Positions 1 through 12,379 of a stretch of 64,000 nucleotides of DNA are shown one piece after another. Within the stretch, counting starts at the first letter, position 1. Every line of letters begins with the position of its first letter. Source of the stretch: Hemiscyllium ocellatum (Eukaryota); NCBI RefSeq assembly GCF_020745735.1, contig NC_083415.1, forward strand, positions 558,001 through 622,000, in the 5' to 3' direction. Below the pieces are notes generated by a model. It was not told the DNA's origin, did no database searches, and saw only the letters and a list, made by a program, of their open reading frames with translations. A program made the translations under genes and the position numbers.

Positions 1-895
1 CAGTGCGGTATTCCATCCATTCTCACCCTCTGACATTCCAATGGACCCACAGTACTGACCCTCTAACAGTGCAGCACTCACTCAGCACTGACCCTTGACA
101 GTATTGCACTCCCTCTGTACTGACCCTTTGACAGTGTCGCACTCCCTCACTACAGAACCTCTGACAGGGTGGCATTCCCTCAATAGTGCTCCCTCAATAC
201 TGACCCTCTGATAATGCAGCACTTCCTCACTACAGCACCTCTGACAGGGTGGCATTCTCTCAATACTGTTCTTCTGACAATTTAGTGCTCCCTTAGTACT
301 TATGCTCCGATAATGTTGTGCTCCTACAGTAATGACCTTGCAACAGTGCAGCGCTCATTTTGCTCTGACCCTTTGACAGTGCAGCACTCCCTCAGTACTG
401 AAGGTCCGGCAGTGTTGCGCCCCCCAGTACTGATCCTCTGATAGTGCAGGTTTGCCTATTTACTGATCCTCCGACTGCAACATTAACTTAGTACTCACTC
501 TCCACAGAGTGGCACTCCCTCAGCAATGACCCTCTGACAGTGGAGTGCTCACTGCATGATGACCTTCTGACAGTGCAACACTCCCTCATTACAGACCCTC
601 TCACAGTGCAGCACTGCCTAAGCACTCACTCCCTGACAGTACAGCACTCCCTCGGTACTGACATTCTGACAGTGCAGCACTCCCTCAGCACTGACCCTCT
701 GACAGTGCAGCACTCCCTCAGGACTGACCCTCTGACAGTGCAGCACTCCATCCTAACTGACCCTCTGACAGTCCAGCAATCCTTCAGTATTGACAATCTG
801 ACAGTGCAGCTTTTCTTCAGTACAGATCCTCTGACAGTGCAACACTAACGTATCACTGACCCTCCAACAGTGTGGCACTCCCTCAGTACTGACCT
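1..895. repeat. Degenerate ~33-bp tandem minisatellite (unit approx. CAGTGCAGCACTCCCTCAGTACTGACCCTCTGA), running off the window start
   Basis: Recurrent ctgaccctctgacagtgcagcactccctcag units; ORF 540..848 shows the matching 11-aa period (TDPLTVQHSLS). Confidence 0.9.
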
Positions 896-1709
896 TTTTT
901 TTTCTCTTTCTTAATGTTTTGTGGAAATATGGAGACATTGCGTTTGCAGATTCTGAGAAAGTATGAGAGAGACACACAATCCAAGCCCTGTCTGAAACTC
1001 TGCAACAGTCTATTCAGAGAGATGCACAGCATGGAAACAGGCACTTCGGCCCAACTTATTCATGCCAACCAGATATCCAACTTAATTTAGTTCCATTTGC
1101 TAACACTTGGCTGATATCCCTCTAAACCTTTCCTATTCACATACTCATCTTGATGCCTTTTAAATGTCGCAATTGTACCAGCCCCCACCATATCCTCTGG
1201 CAGCTAACTGCATGCCCTTGAATAAGTGTTCAAACATTCATAGAGATGATGCAACCTCAAACAAATACCAACCTACGAAATGCTATCACTGTCATTTTCA
1301 CCCCATCCTTTGGTTCTCCGTTACGCTGATTTGAACAGAGGGAAAGAAACAGTCTTAGTGACCATCCACCGTGACCTTGTAATAAAGGTTACTTGCAAAT
1401 TTCACTTGCATGAGATTACCATACCATCCAGTTGCCTGGAGGGTGGGGGTGAGCTGTATTCTCCTGCTATAGACCTTGGTGTCCCACGTTGATGTTAGGG
1501 AGTGAACTCCAGGATTTTGATCTGAACCATGTAAAGAGCTCTCTTACTGGAGTGCCTTTTTAAAGTTGGGAAGTTATTATAGACCAGGAGGACCCGAGAG
1601 CTGCTTTCTTGTCAGAGAGAGAGGACTGGTGGGTTACACACCTCAGGGGAGGGGCGAGGTGGAGAAGTTGGGGCCTTGATGGTAATTTCAGATATGATAG
1701 AAATTGAGC

Positions 1710-1936
1710 TGAAAATGTGTTGCTGGAAAAGCACAGAAGGTCAGGCAGCATCCAAGGAGCAAGAGATTCGACGTTTCGGGCATAAGGCCTTCTTCAGGAA
1801 TCTGATTCCTGAAGAAGGCCTTATGCCCGAAACGTCGAATCTCCTGTTCCTTGGATGCTGCCTAACCTACTGCGCTTTTCCAGCAACACATTTTCAGCTC
1901 TGATCTCCAGCATCTACAGACCTCACTTTCTCCTCC
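1710..1936. mobile_element. Short fold-back (palindromic) element derived from the 3' end of a Penelope-like family
   Basis: Inverted arms centred at ~1802, matching the 3' terminus of the PLE at 8200-8345; flanking direct repeat ATGATAGAAATTGAGC at 1694-1709 and 1937-1952. Confidence 0.85.
1804..1841 (+). ncRNA. Minimal type I hammerhead ribozyme motif (PLE-type); mirror copy on the - strand at 1765-1802
   Basis: GAUUC-CUGAAGA-A-GGCC(UUAU)GCCC-GAAAC-GUC-GAAUC: core, 5-bp stem I, palindromic ACGU stem III, one C.C mismatch in stem II. Confidence 0.7.
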
Positions 1937-2423
1937 ATGATAGAAATTGAGCCAACAATGTTGGCATCACGAACCAGTTAGCTTAGGTAACTGAGACCCC
2001 CCTTTGTAGCAGAGGAATTCAATCTCTATAATAGAGCAAGCTTGGGAATTCAACACTAAAATCAACTTGTACAGACGCGCTGGAAACCTGAACCATCAAT
2101 ACAGAGATTGCTGAAGAAGTTAAGCATGTCCGGCAGCATCTGTGAAGGGAGAGAGAGAGAGAGTTCACCTTTCAATCCAGTGATTTCTGCAGAAAAGTTC
2201 CTTCAGAACATACTGTTTTGAGGAAGGGTCACTTGAAATGTGAATTGTTCCTCTCTCCCTTCACCGTTGCTGTCGGATCTGCTGAATTTCCCAGCAATCT
2301 GTGCAGGTGTTTGCTTGAGAATCTGATCTGACCCAATCAATCATGTGTCACTGAGCAACTCAGTCTGTGTTCATGCCCTGAGGTTGCTTCTGTTGAAAGT
2401 TGACAAACAGGTTGAAGGCTTTT

Positions 2424-2597
2424 AGGAGAAAATGAGGGCTGCAGATGTTGGAGATCAGAGCTGAAAATGTGTTGCTGGAAAAGCGCAGCAGGTCAGGCAG
2501 CATCCAAGGAGCAGGAGAATCGATGTTTCCGTCAATTCTCCTGCTCCTTGGATGCTGCCTGAGCTGCTGCACTTTTCCAGCAACACATTTTCAGCTC
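2424..2597. mobile_element. PLE-derived fold-back element, internally deleted
   Basis: Inverted arms of the same family as 1710-1936; degenerate TSD AGGTTGAAGGCTTT / AGGTTTAAGCCTTT. Confidence 0.75.
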
Positions 2598-3029
2598 AGG
2601 TTTAAGCCTTTGTAAGGCATTGTATTTGGAGGGCGGGGTGCATGGGGGAACAGATAAAGATTTACGGCACTTCACAAAAATCCTTAGCAATGTAACTTTA
2701 TGATGTTAATTAAGAAGGAACAGCTCAGATCTAACATTTCAGTTAATCAGCCAAGAGAAGTATTTATGTCATCATAAAGGCTTGTTGTAAAGATTGTACA
2801 GAACCAAACTTTAGTTACTACGTTTGTACATCATTTTTTTGTGAATAAAGTCTCTGTTTGAAACTAATACAAATATTTTTTAGAGGGGGACCAAGCATCT
2901 TGAGCTTGTGGAGGCATTGTCCTTTTCCCTAATCTTTCTTAAATAAACGCTAGACAAGTTAGATACTCCCCGGGTATACACATCAAACGGTCATCAACAG
3001 GGAGGAGATAGTGGGATTGTCACAGGGGC

Positions 3030-3290
3030 TCTGTGGTTAGCTCTGTTGCCTCACCCCACCCAGGTTTGATTCCAGCCTCGAGCGACTGTCTGTGTGGAGT
3101 TTGCACATTCTCCCCGTGTCAGCCTCCGGGTGCTTCAGTTCCCTCCCACTGTCCAACGATGTGCAGGCTAGGTGGATTAGCCAGAGGAAATGAAGGGATC
3201 CAGGGATAGAGTGGGGGGGATGGGATGCTCTGCCGAGGGTCAGTGTGAACCTGATAGACCGAATGGCCTGCTTCCACATTCTATAATCAA
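3030..3290 (+). mobile_element. tRNA-derived V-SINE (HE1-like)
   Basis: tRNA-like head, central GTGTGGAGTTTGCACATTCTCCCCGTGTC domain, CR1-like 3' tail. Confidence 0.7.
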
Positions 3291-3827
3291 TCCCGGGACC
3301 CAAATAAGGGCTCCAATCTTGGGGGTGGCTGTGGGTCACCACAGTGAGAACAGGTTTGGGGATGAACACGGTCCTATGGGGTAACAGGTTTGTTTTCTGA
3401 GGTGTTGAGGGCATGAATGTTCTGTCGAGGTGCTTTGGGGATAAACCTACAGAGGAGGTGCTTTCTGAGATACTGAGGGAGCACTATCTGGCAGTACAGG
3501 GTGCAGAAGGAGGAATGGTACAGATACACTTCCCTAATCATTTCCTCAGGGTCCCCAAGGCACGCTGGTGTGGTCATCTGAGATGGAGGCCACTCCCCAT
3601 TTTAGAAGATTATATCAACACTCAGTGAAAAATAACACAAACACATGCCTTAAACATGGATTGGAGGAAAACTGTTATGAATCTATCATCATTTGTTGCT
3701 TAGACACAGTTTAGAAAAGCAGGCACCCAAACAGACCAATGTTGTCAATGTACAGGAAGATCCAAGAGGTTATTTACAGTTGATGTCTGTCTCCCTGCAG
3801 AGGTCATCATCCGAGATCAGGGTTCAG

Positions 3828-3830
<3 letters not shown>

Positions 3831-3910
<80 letters not shown>
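3831..3910. repeat. (GT)40 microsatellite
   Basis: Uninterrupted GT run. Confidence 0.98.
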
Positions 3911-3913
<3 letters not shown>

Positions 3914-4239
3914 CCAAGAAGATAAATTCCTGCTGCTGTTCAGCGAAGACACAAACATAAAAGTTTTTAAAAGCTGCAAAACTCACTTCCCTGGGGTAAA
4001 GTGAACGCTGTAAATCTCCCAAAAGAGGTTCGGATGGAAGGAAGAAAGATTAGATTGAGAAGAGACAGTGCCATTCAGGTGCAGAGGTGTTGCTGGAATG
4101 TCTATTCAGGATTTCAGGAGAGGAGAAAACACCTTGGAGATAGTTTCTCAACCAACCTGTTCAGTGATGGTACGGTATTCCTCTAGACCAGGTGGGACTT
4201 GAAACTGAATCTCCTAGCTCAGAGGTAAAGACGCTACCA

Positions 4240-7200
4240 CTGTCCCTTTCTACCTTCCCCAAGCTGTACAAGGCCTCACCTTCATTCCCCTACGCTCTCG
4301 GATTAACGAGTTCAACACGCGGCGAGACATCGAACAATTCTTCCGCTGCCTTCGCCTCCGCGCCTACTTCTTCAACCAGGATTCTCGCCCACCCTCTGAC
4401 GACCCCTTCTCCCACTTCCAACACACCCCATCCACCTGGACACCCTGTGCTGGCCTCTTACCTGCCCTCAATCACTTCATAGCCAACTGCCGCCGCGACA
4501 TTAACCACCTCAACCTCTCCATCCCTCTCACCCACTCCAACCTCTCACCCTCAGAACGAGCAGCACTCCACTCCCTCCCCTCCAACCCCAACCTCACCAT
4601 CAAACCGGCAGACAAGGGAGGCGCGGTAGTAGTTTGGCGCACCGACCTTTACACCGCTGAGGCTAAACACCAGCTCGCGGACACCTCCTCTTACTGCCCC
4701 CTTGACCATGACCCCACCTCCAACCACCAAACCATCATCTCCCAGACCATCCATAACCTCATCACCTCAGGGGATCTCCCATCCACCGCCTCCAACCTCA
4801 TAGTCCCACAACCCCACACCGCCCTTTCTACCTCCTGCCCAAAATTCACAAACCTGACTGCCCCGGCTGACCCATTGTCTCAGCCTGCTCCTGCCCCAGA
4901 GAACTCATCTCTGCATACCTCGACACGTTCCTGTCCCCCTTAGTCCAAGAACTCCCCACCTACGTTTGGGACACCACCCACGCCCTCCACCTCCTCTATG
5001 ATTTTCGCTTCCCCGGTCCCCAACGCCTTATCTTCACCATGGATATCCAGTCCCTGTACACCTCCATCCTCCATCATGAAGGACTCAAAGCCCTCCGCTT
5101 CTTCCTTTCCCGCCGGACCAGCCAGCAGTTTTAGAATGGATGGCCTGGTTAGAATGGATGGCCTGGAAATATGCAGGGAAGAGGTTCTGGGAATATTGGA
5201 GAGGATGAAAATAGATAAGTCTCCTGGGCCTGATGGCATTTACCCTAGGATCCTATGGGAAGCTAGGGAGGAGATAGCAGAGCCATTGGCCTGGATTTTT
5301 ATGTCGTCATTGTCAACGGGAATAGTACCAGAGGACTGGAGGATAGCGAATGTGGTCCCCTTGTTCAAGAAAGGGAGTAGGGATAGCCCTAGTAACTATA
5401 GGCCAGTGAGTCTGACTTCAGTGGTGGGCAAAGTCTTAGAAAGAATGGTAAGGGATAAGATTTATGAACATCTGGATAGGAATAACGTGATCAAGGATAG
5501 CCAGCATGGTTTTGTGAAGGGCAGGTCGTGCCTCACAAACCTTATTGAGTTCTTTGAGAAGGTGACTAAGGAAGTGGACGAGGGTAAAGCAGTAGATGTT
5601 GTGTATATGGATTTTAGTAAGGCGTTCGATAAGGTTCCTCATGGTAGGCTAATGCTAAAACTACGGAGGTATGGCATTGAGGATACATTAGAGGTTTGGA
5701 TTAGGAATTGGCTGGCTGGAAGGAGACAGAGGGTAGTAGTTGATGGACTATGTTCATCTTGGAGTGCAGTTACTAGCGGTGTACCACAAGGATCTGTTTT
5801 GGGACCATTGCTTTTTGTTATCTTTATAAATGATCTAGAGGAAGGGCTTGAAAGCTGGGTAAGCAAGTTTGCGGATGACACAAAAGTCGGTGGAGTTGTG
5901 GATAGTGAGGAAGGAAGTGGTAGGTTACAGCGGGATATAGATAAGTTGCAGAGCTGGGCAGAAATGTGGCAAATGGAATTCAATGTAGCTAAGTGTGAAG
6001 TCATTCACTTTGGTAGGAGTAACAAGAAGATGGATTACTGGGCTAATGGTAGGCTACTTGGTAGTGTGGATGAGCAGAGGGATCTTGGTGTCCACATACA
6101 CAGATCTCTGAAAGTTGCCACCCAGGTAAATAGTGCTGTGAAGAAGGCATATGGTGTACTGGGCTTTATTGGTAGAGGAATTGAGTTCCGGAGTCCTGAG
6201 GTCATGTTGCAACTGTATAAGACTCTGGTGCGGCCTCATCTGGAGTATTGTGTGCAGTTTTGGTCGCCATACTATAGGAAGGATGTGGAGGCATTGGAAC
6301 GAGTGCAGAGGAGGTTTACCAGGATGTTGCCTGGAATGGTAGGAAAATCTTATGAGGAAAGGCTGAGGCACTTGGGGCTGTTCTCATTGGAGAAAAGAAG
6401 GTTTAGGGGAGATTTGATAGAGGTGTATAAGATGATTAGGGGTTTAGATAGGGTCGACACTGCGAACCTTTTACCGCTAATGGAGTCAGGTGTTACTAGG
6501 GGACACAGCTTTAAATTAAGGGGTCGTAGGTATAGGACAGATGTTAGGGGTAGATTCTTTACACAGCGGGTTGTGAGTTCATGGAATGCCCTGCCAGTAG
6601 CAGTGGTGAACTCTCCTTCTTTATGGTCATTTAAGCGGGCATTGGATAGGCATTTGGAAGTTATTGGGCTAGTGTAGGTTAGGTAGGATTCGGTCGGCGC
6701 AACATTGAGGGCCGAAGGGCCTGTACTGCGCTGTATCTTTCTATTCTATTTCTATGTACCCTTCCACTGACACCCTCCTTCGACTGACTGAACTGGTCCC
6801 CACCCTGAACAACTTCTCTTTCCAACACTCCCACTTCCTCCAAACCAAAGGAGTTGCCATGGGCACACGCATGGGGCCCAGCTATGCCTGCCTCTTCGTA
6901 GGATATGTGGAACAGTCCATCTTCCGCAACTACACTGGCACCACACCCCACCTTTTCCTCCGCTACACCGATGACTGTATCGGTGCTGCCTCGTGGAGGC
7001 AGGTTGAACAGTTCATCCATTTTACCAACACCTTCCACCCCGACCTCAAATTTACCTGGACCATCTCAGACACCTCCCTCCCCTTCCTAGACCTTTCCCT
7101 TTCTATCTCAGGCAACCGAATCAATGCGGACATTTACTATAAACCGACCGACTCCCACAACTACCTAGACTACGCCTCCTCCCACCCTGCCCCCTGTAAA

Positions 7201-8345
7201 AACGCCATCCCATATTCCCAATTCCTTCGTCTCCGCCGCATCTGTTCCCAGGAAGACCAGTTCCAGTACCGTACAGCCCAGATGGCCTCCTTCTTCAAAG
7301 ACCACAATATCTCCCCAGACGTGATCGAATATGACCTCCACCCCATCTCCTCCACTTCCCGCTCCTCCGCCCTTGAGCCCCGCCCCTCCAATCGCCACCA
7401 GGACAGAACCCCACTGGTCCTCACCTACCACCCCACCAACCTCCATATACATCGTATCATCCGTCGTCATTTCCACCACCTCCAAACGGACCCCACCACC
7501 AGAGATATATTTCCCTCCCCTCCCCTATCAACATTCTAAAAAGACCATTCCCTCCGTGACTCCCTCGTCAGGTCCACACCAACCCAACCTCCACTCCCGG
7601 CACCTTCCCCTGCAACTGCAAGAGATGCAAAATTGCCTCCTCCCCTTACTTCCTTCCAAGGCCCAAGGGGTCCTTCCATATCCACCACAAATTCACCTGC
7701 ACCTCCACACACATCATTTACTGCATCCGCTGCAACCGATGGGGCCTCCTCTATATTAGGAAGACAGGCGGCCTACATGCGGATCGTTTCAGAGAACACC
7801 TCTGGGACACCCGGACCAACCAACCCAACCACCCCGTGGCTCAACGCTTCAACACCCCCTCCCACTTCACCAAGGACATGCAGGTCCTTGGACTCCTCTG
7901 TCGCCAGGCCATAGCAACACGACGGCTGGAGGGAGAGTGCCTAATCTTCCGCCTAGGAACCCTCCAACCACAAGGGATGAACTTAGATTTCTCCAGTTTC
8001 CTCATTTCCCCTCCCCCCACCTTGTCTCAGTCAAATCCCTCGAACTCAGCACCGCTTTCCTAACCTGCAATCTTCTTCCTGACCTCTCCGCCCCCACCCC
8101 CACTCCAGCCTAACACCCTCACCTTGACCTCCTTCCACCTATTGCATTTCCAATGCACCTCCCCCAAGTCCCTCCTCCCTACCTTTTATCTTAGCCTGAT
8201 GGACACACTTTCCTCATTCCTGAAGAAGGGCTCATGCCCGAAACGTCGACTCTCCTGCTCCTTGGATACTGCCTGACCTACTGTGCTTTTCCAGCAACAG
8301 ATTTTCAGCTCTGATCTCCAGCACCTGCAGTCCTCACTTTCTCCC
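4240..8345 (+). mobile_element. Penelope-like retroelement (RT + GIY-YIG), degenerate, split by a CR1 insertion at ~5126-6753
   Basis: Translations KPADKGGAVV, TMDIQSLYT (5' part), GVAMGTRMGPSYA and YTDD (ORF 6754..7539), IIYCIRC GIY-YIG region ~7700-7800; terminal repeat with hammerhead core at 8216-8251; the reading frame RRTSQ|YPSTDTLLRL is continuous across the CR1. Confidence 0.9.
5126..6753 (+). mobile_element. Young 5'-truncated CR1-clade LINE with uninterrupted RT coding region (to stop at 6677)
   Basis: ORF2 motifs [38 protein letters not shown]; 3' hairpin GGCCGAAGGGCC and (TTCTAT)n tail. Confidence 0.95.
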
Positions 8346-8349
8346 AGTG

Positions 8350-10560
8350 GGATCTTGCAGAGGCCAGTATTGGGACCTCGCAGTTTCTAGGTTTATTGAA
8401 ATAACTTTCACTTGAAAGTTGGAGGATTGATCAGTGAGTTCACGGATGATATGAAAACCAGTGTGGTGGCAAACAGTGAGGAAGATGGGCTTAGAACATA
8501 GGAGGGCAATCATGGTAAGGGAATACGTGATGAACTATAGGGCCCTGGGAAACACTGAAGATCAGAGGGACTTTGTTGTGCATGTCCCCCAGTCACTTAA
8601 ACACCAGCAGAGGTGATAACTCGCCTTTCCTTGTTAAGCACTGAGTTTGATTTGGGAAGTTCTGTTAGAACTATCGAAAACATTGGCTCGGGGACAGCTA
8701 GCTTGTTGTCTGCATTTCTGGAATCCCCATTTAAGGAGGGATGTGTTAGCACTCAAGACTTGGAAAGATATTGTCTGAGCTGGAGAGTTTCAGTTATGAA
8801 GAGCGACTGGAAAGATTGGTTCGTTTTCCTTAGACCAGAGAGATTGAGAGGGGAGTCACAGGTAGATAGGATAGTGAAAAAGGCATTTGATATACTTTCC
8901 CTTATTAGTCAGAGCATTGAGTAAAGGAGTTTGGAGGTCATGTTGTGGCGGTACAGGACATTGGTTAGGCCACCTTTGGAGTATTGTGTGCAATTCTGTG
9001 AAAGGATGTTGTGAAATTTGAAAGGATTCAGAAAAGATTTACAAGGATGTTGCCAGGGTTGGAGAGTTTGAACTACAGGAAAGGCTGAATAGGCTGGAAC
9101 TGGTTTCCCTGGAGTGTCAAAGGTTGAGGAGTGACCTTCTAGAGGTTTATAAAATCATGGATGCATGGATAGGGTAAATAGACAAGGTCTTTTCCCTGGG
9201 GTGGGGGAGTCCAGAACTAGAGGGCATAGGTTTAGGGTGAGAGGGGAAAGACTTACAAGGGTCTTAAGGGGCAATGTTTTCATGCAACAGGCGGTGCATG
9301 TATGCAAGAGGAAGTGCAGGCCAGTACAAGGCTAGTAACATATAAAAGGCATCGGGAGGGGTAGAAGAAAACTCCACAACCACCTGATGAAGGAGCAGTG
9401 TTCGGAAAGCTAGTGGTTCCAAATAAACCAGTTGGATTATAACCTGGTGTTGGGTGATTTTTAATTTGAACTGGAAGGGATTAGAGGGCCAAGTGCTGGT
9501 AAATGGGACGAGGTTAATTTTGGATATCTGGTTGGCATGGACGAGTTGGGCTGAAGGATCTGTTTCTGTGTTGTACATCTGTTTGACTCTATGAGATCAC
9601 TGAGATGTACAAAAAAATGAGAGGTGTTGATTGGGTAGACAGTAAGGAAATATTCCCCTTGATGGAGGAACCAATAAAGACAAGTGTTGTGAAGACTGGA
9701 AGGCAGTGCAGATATTTAAGGTAAGGGGCAGGAGACTTAAGGGGAATGTCAGTGATAAAGTCATACAGCATGGAAACAGACCTTTTGGTTCCCCCCAAAG
9801 TCCATGCTACCCATAATCCCAAACAAAACTAGTCCCACCACCTGCTCCTGGCCCATATCCCTTCAATACTTTCCTGTTTGTCCAAATACCTTTTAAACAT
9901 TGGAACGGTACCCGCATCCATGAATTCCTCACGAACCACTCTCTGTTTCGAAAAAGTCGACCCTCATTTCCCTTTTAAATCTTTCTCCTCTCACTTGAAA
10001 AGTATGTCCCCTAGTGCTGAAGTCTAGGGGGGAATAAGCTCCCTAGTCCAAGGGGAAAATTTCCTCACTATCTGCCTTATGAACACCCCTCATTATTTTA
10101 TCCATCTCAACCATGTCATTGAGTAATAGAGACTTTCAGCACAGAAACAGATCCTTCGGCCCAACTTATCCATGCTGACCAGATATCCTAATTTACCCTA
10201 GTCCCATTTACCTGTACTTGTTCCATATCTCGCTAATCACTTCCTCTTCATATACAAACCCTGAAGTCTATCACCCGAGGGAAAAGACATCTGACATTCA
10301 CCTTATATATGCTCCTTATTATATTATACACCTCTGTAAGGTCACCCCTCAACCTTCAAGCTCCTTTCCATCGAACTCAAACCATCCAGTCCTGGCAACA
10401 TCCTTGTAAATATTTTCTGAACAGTTTAACAATACCCCTCCTATAACAGGGAGACCAGAATTGGACACAGTATTCTAAAAGAAGCCTGTACAACCTCAAC
10501 ATGATGTCCTAACTCCTATACTCATGGTCTGTGTAATGAAGGAAAAAAGGCTTTCACCCA
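8350..10560. mobile_element. Mosaic of old CR1 3' fragments on both strands, with a PLE terminal fragment at ~9365-9465
   Basis: Recurrent CR1 RT-end motifs (ggagtattgtgtgcaattctg, aggatgttgccaggg, gggcataggtttagggtgagagggg); hammerhead-like CTGATGA..GGAAAGCTA at 9379-9417. Confidence 0.65.
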
Positions 10561-10676
10561 GACGTTGGAGAGAAACTGAATTCACTGCTGGAAAGGCATT
10601 ACAGACAGAAGCTCTCAAATCATTGAAGAAGTATTCAGATGTGCACTTGCAATGCGAAGACATACAAGGTGATGGG

Positions 10677-10842
10677 TCTTGAAGGAGAACTGTTGCTGGT
10701 GTTTTTGAATCTGTAGTCTGTACTGTTTGCCCGAAATGTCAATTTTCCTGCTCCTTGGATGCTGCCTGACTTGCTGGGTTGTTCCAGCACCACTCTAATC
10801 TAGACTCTGGTTTCCAGCATCTGCAGTCATTGTTTTTACCTG
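10677..10842 (+). mobile_element. PLE 3'-terminal fragment with 15-bp TSD
   Basis: ATACAAGGTGATGGG at 10662-10676 and 10843-10857 flanks cccgaaatgtc...ctgcagtcattgtttttacc. Confidence 0.7.
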
Positions 10843-11904
10843 ATACAAGGTGATGGGCCGAGGGCTGAGAAATGAGGTTACCATAGTTTGATGGTTGTTT
10901 GTGACTGGCACAGAATCAATGGGCTGAAGGGACTTGTTCTGCACTGTCGACCACTGCGATTCGATAAAAAACAGGACAATGAAGAGACTTTGATTGAGGT
11001 GTTGGCACTAACAATTGTCAATGTGGCAGTACCACAAGATTGAGCTTTATTCTGACACACTGTCAGACCTGGGTTTGAACTCTGTTCTCGCTCTCTGCAG
11101 ATGCTTCTGCACCTGCTAAATATCTTCGGCACTCAGTGTTTATTTGTGGTGACAGAGAGGATCTGAGGCTGCAGAGATGAAATCTAATGGTTTGTTAGAT
11201 ATGGGAAGGTGAAGCAGACACTTCCTGATTGAAAATGAAAAATCAAACATAGAATTGTGAGGCTGTTAATCTATATTTTGTTCCACAAATCCAGACGACA
11301 CAAGCTTCAGTACAACAGCCGATGCTTTATTATCGGAGTGCAGCGTGAGATTCTCCATGTCCCTGAAAGTAGTTGTGCATCTACTTGTGGTGATACAAAA
11401 GGTCTATAATCCACATGGTTGACTGTCGTTACATTGTTTAAGATGGGCAATTATAATTTTACAAGGTCCGGTGAATGTTGATGTCCTGCGATAACAACTG
11501 ATTATCGTATTCTTCATGATCATGTGTCAATGGGAAGAGATTAAAACTGAAGGGTTTTGCCTGTTTTCAATGGGGAATTCACATCCCTATGCTAATACGG
11601 AGAGAAGCAAGATAATGGGAGCAGGAGGCAGTTGAACAGGGTTGCAGCCAAGGCTATCAGTCTTGGCTGGGGAGGACAAATACCGTTGCCTGAAGCTGCA
11701 GAGGAATCCACATGTGAGGCTGCAATGGATTCCTTCTCGAAGATTCAGTTATCCTACTGAGATGTTCTGTCTATTCTGTAATTGATCCTGTAGTGAGTCT
11801 GTTCACAGTGGTGTGTTTAACCCTTGAGTGCCCAGTATGCCTTGAAAGAGAATTAAAACATGAAGTGATCCTTTTCTGGCTTTATAACATCCTCACCAAA
11901 CTCG

Positions 11905-12192
11905 TCCTGTCAGATATAAACCAGCCCCTCACTCACTGACACCAATCACCCCCTGTCGAATATAAACCACCCCACAGATACAAGTCTCCCCATGTCTGAT
12001 TTCACCCTGCCCCACAGACAGTGACAACAGTTTCCTCCAGTCTGATATAAACCAGCCCCACAGACACTGACACTAATCTCTGCCTGTCTGATATAAACCA
12101 GCCCCACAGTCACTGACACCAATCTCCCACGTCTGATATAAACCAGCCCCACAGTCACTGACGCCAATCTCTGCCTGTCTGATATAAACCAT
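11905..12192. repeat. ~45-bp tandem minisatellite (TCTGATATAAACCAGCCCCACAGTCACTGACACCAATCTC...), about 6 copies
   Basis: Repeated gatataaaccagcccc units. Confidence 0.85.
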
Positions 12193-12194
12193 TT

Positions 12195-12345
12195 AGTTAA
12201 AAGGACTGCAGATGCTGGAAACCAGAGTCTAGATGAGAGTGGTGCTGGAAAAGCACAGCAGGTCAGGCAGCATCCGAGGAGCAGGAAAATTGACCTGTCG
12301 GGCAAAAACCCTTCATCAGGAATAGAGGCAGGGAGCCTGCAGATT
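12195..12345 (-). mobile_element. PLE 3'-terminal fragment with mutated hammerhead core
   Basis: Same terminal sequence family as 10677-10842; GAAAC replaced by GACAG. Confidence 0.7.
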
Positions 12346-12379
12346 GGAAAGACAGAGGAGGAAAACTTCTTCAAGACAA

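Noticed and set aside
540-848. 102-aa ORF with 11-aa repeats
   Set aside because: Translation of the 33-bp minisatellite; no independent coding evidence.
3693-4022. CV/HT-repeat ORFs
   Set aside because: Produced by the (GT)40 microsatellite.
4998-5130. N-terminus of the 559-aa ORF as a novel fusion protein
   Set aside because: The first ~44 codons are an alternative frame of the host Penelope sequence that happens to be open into the truncated CR1.
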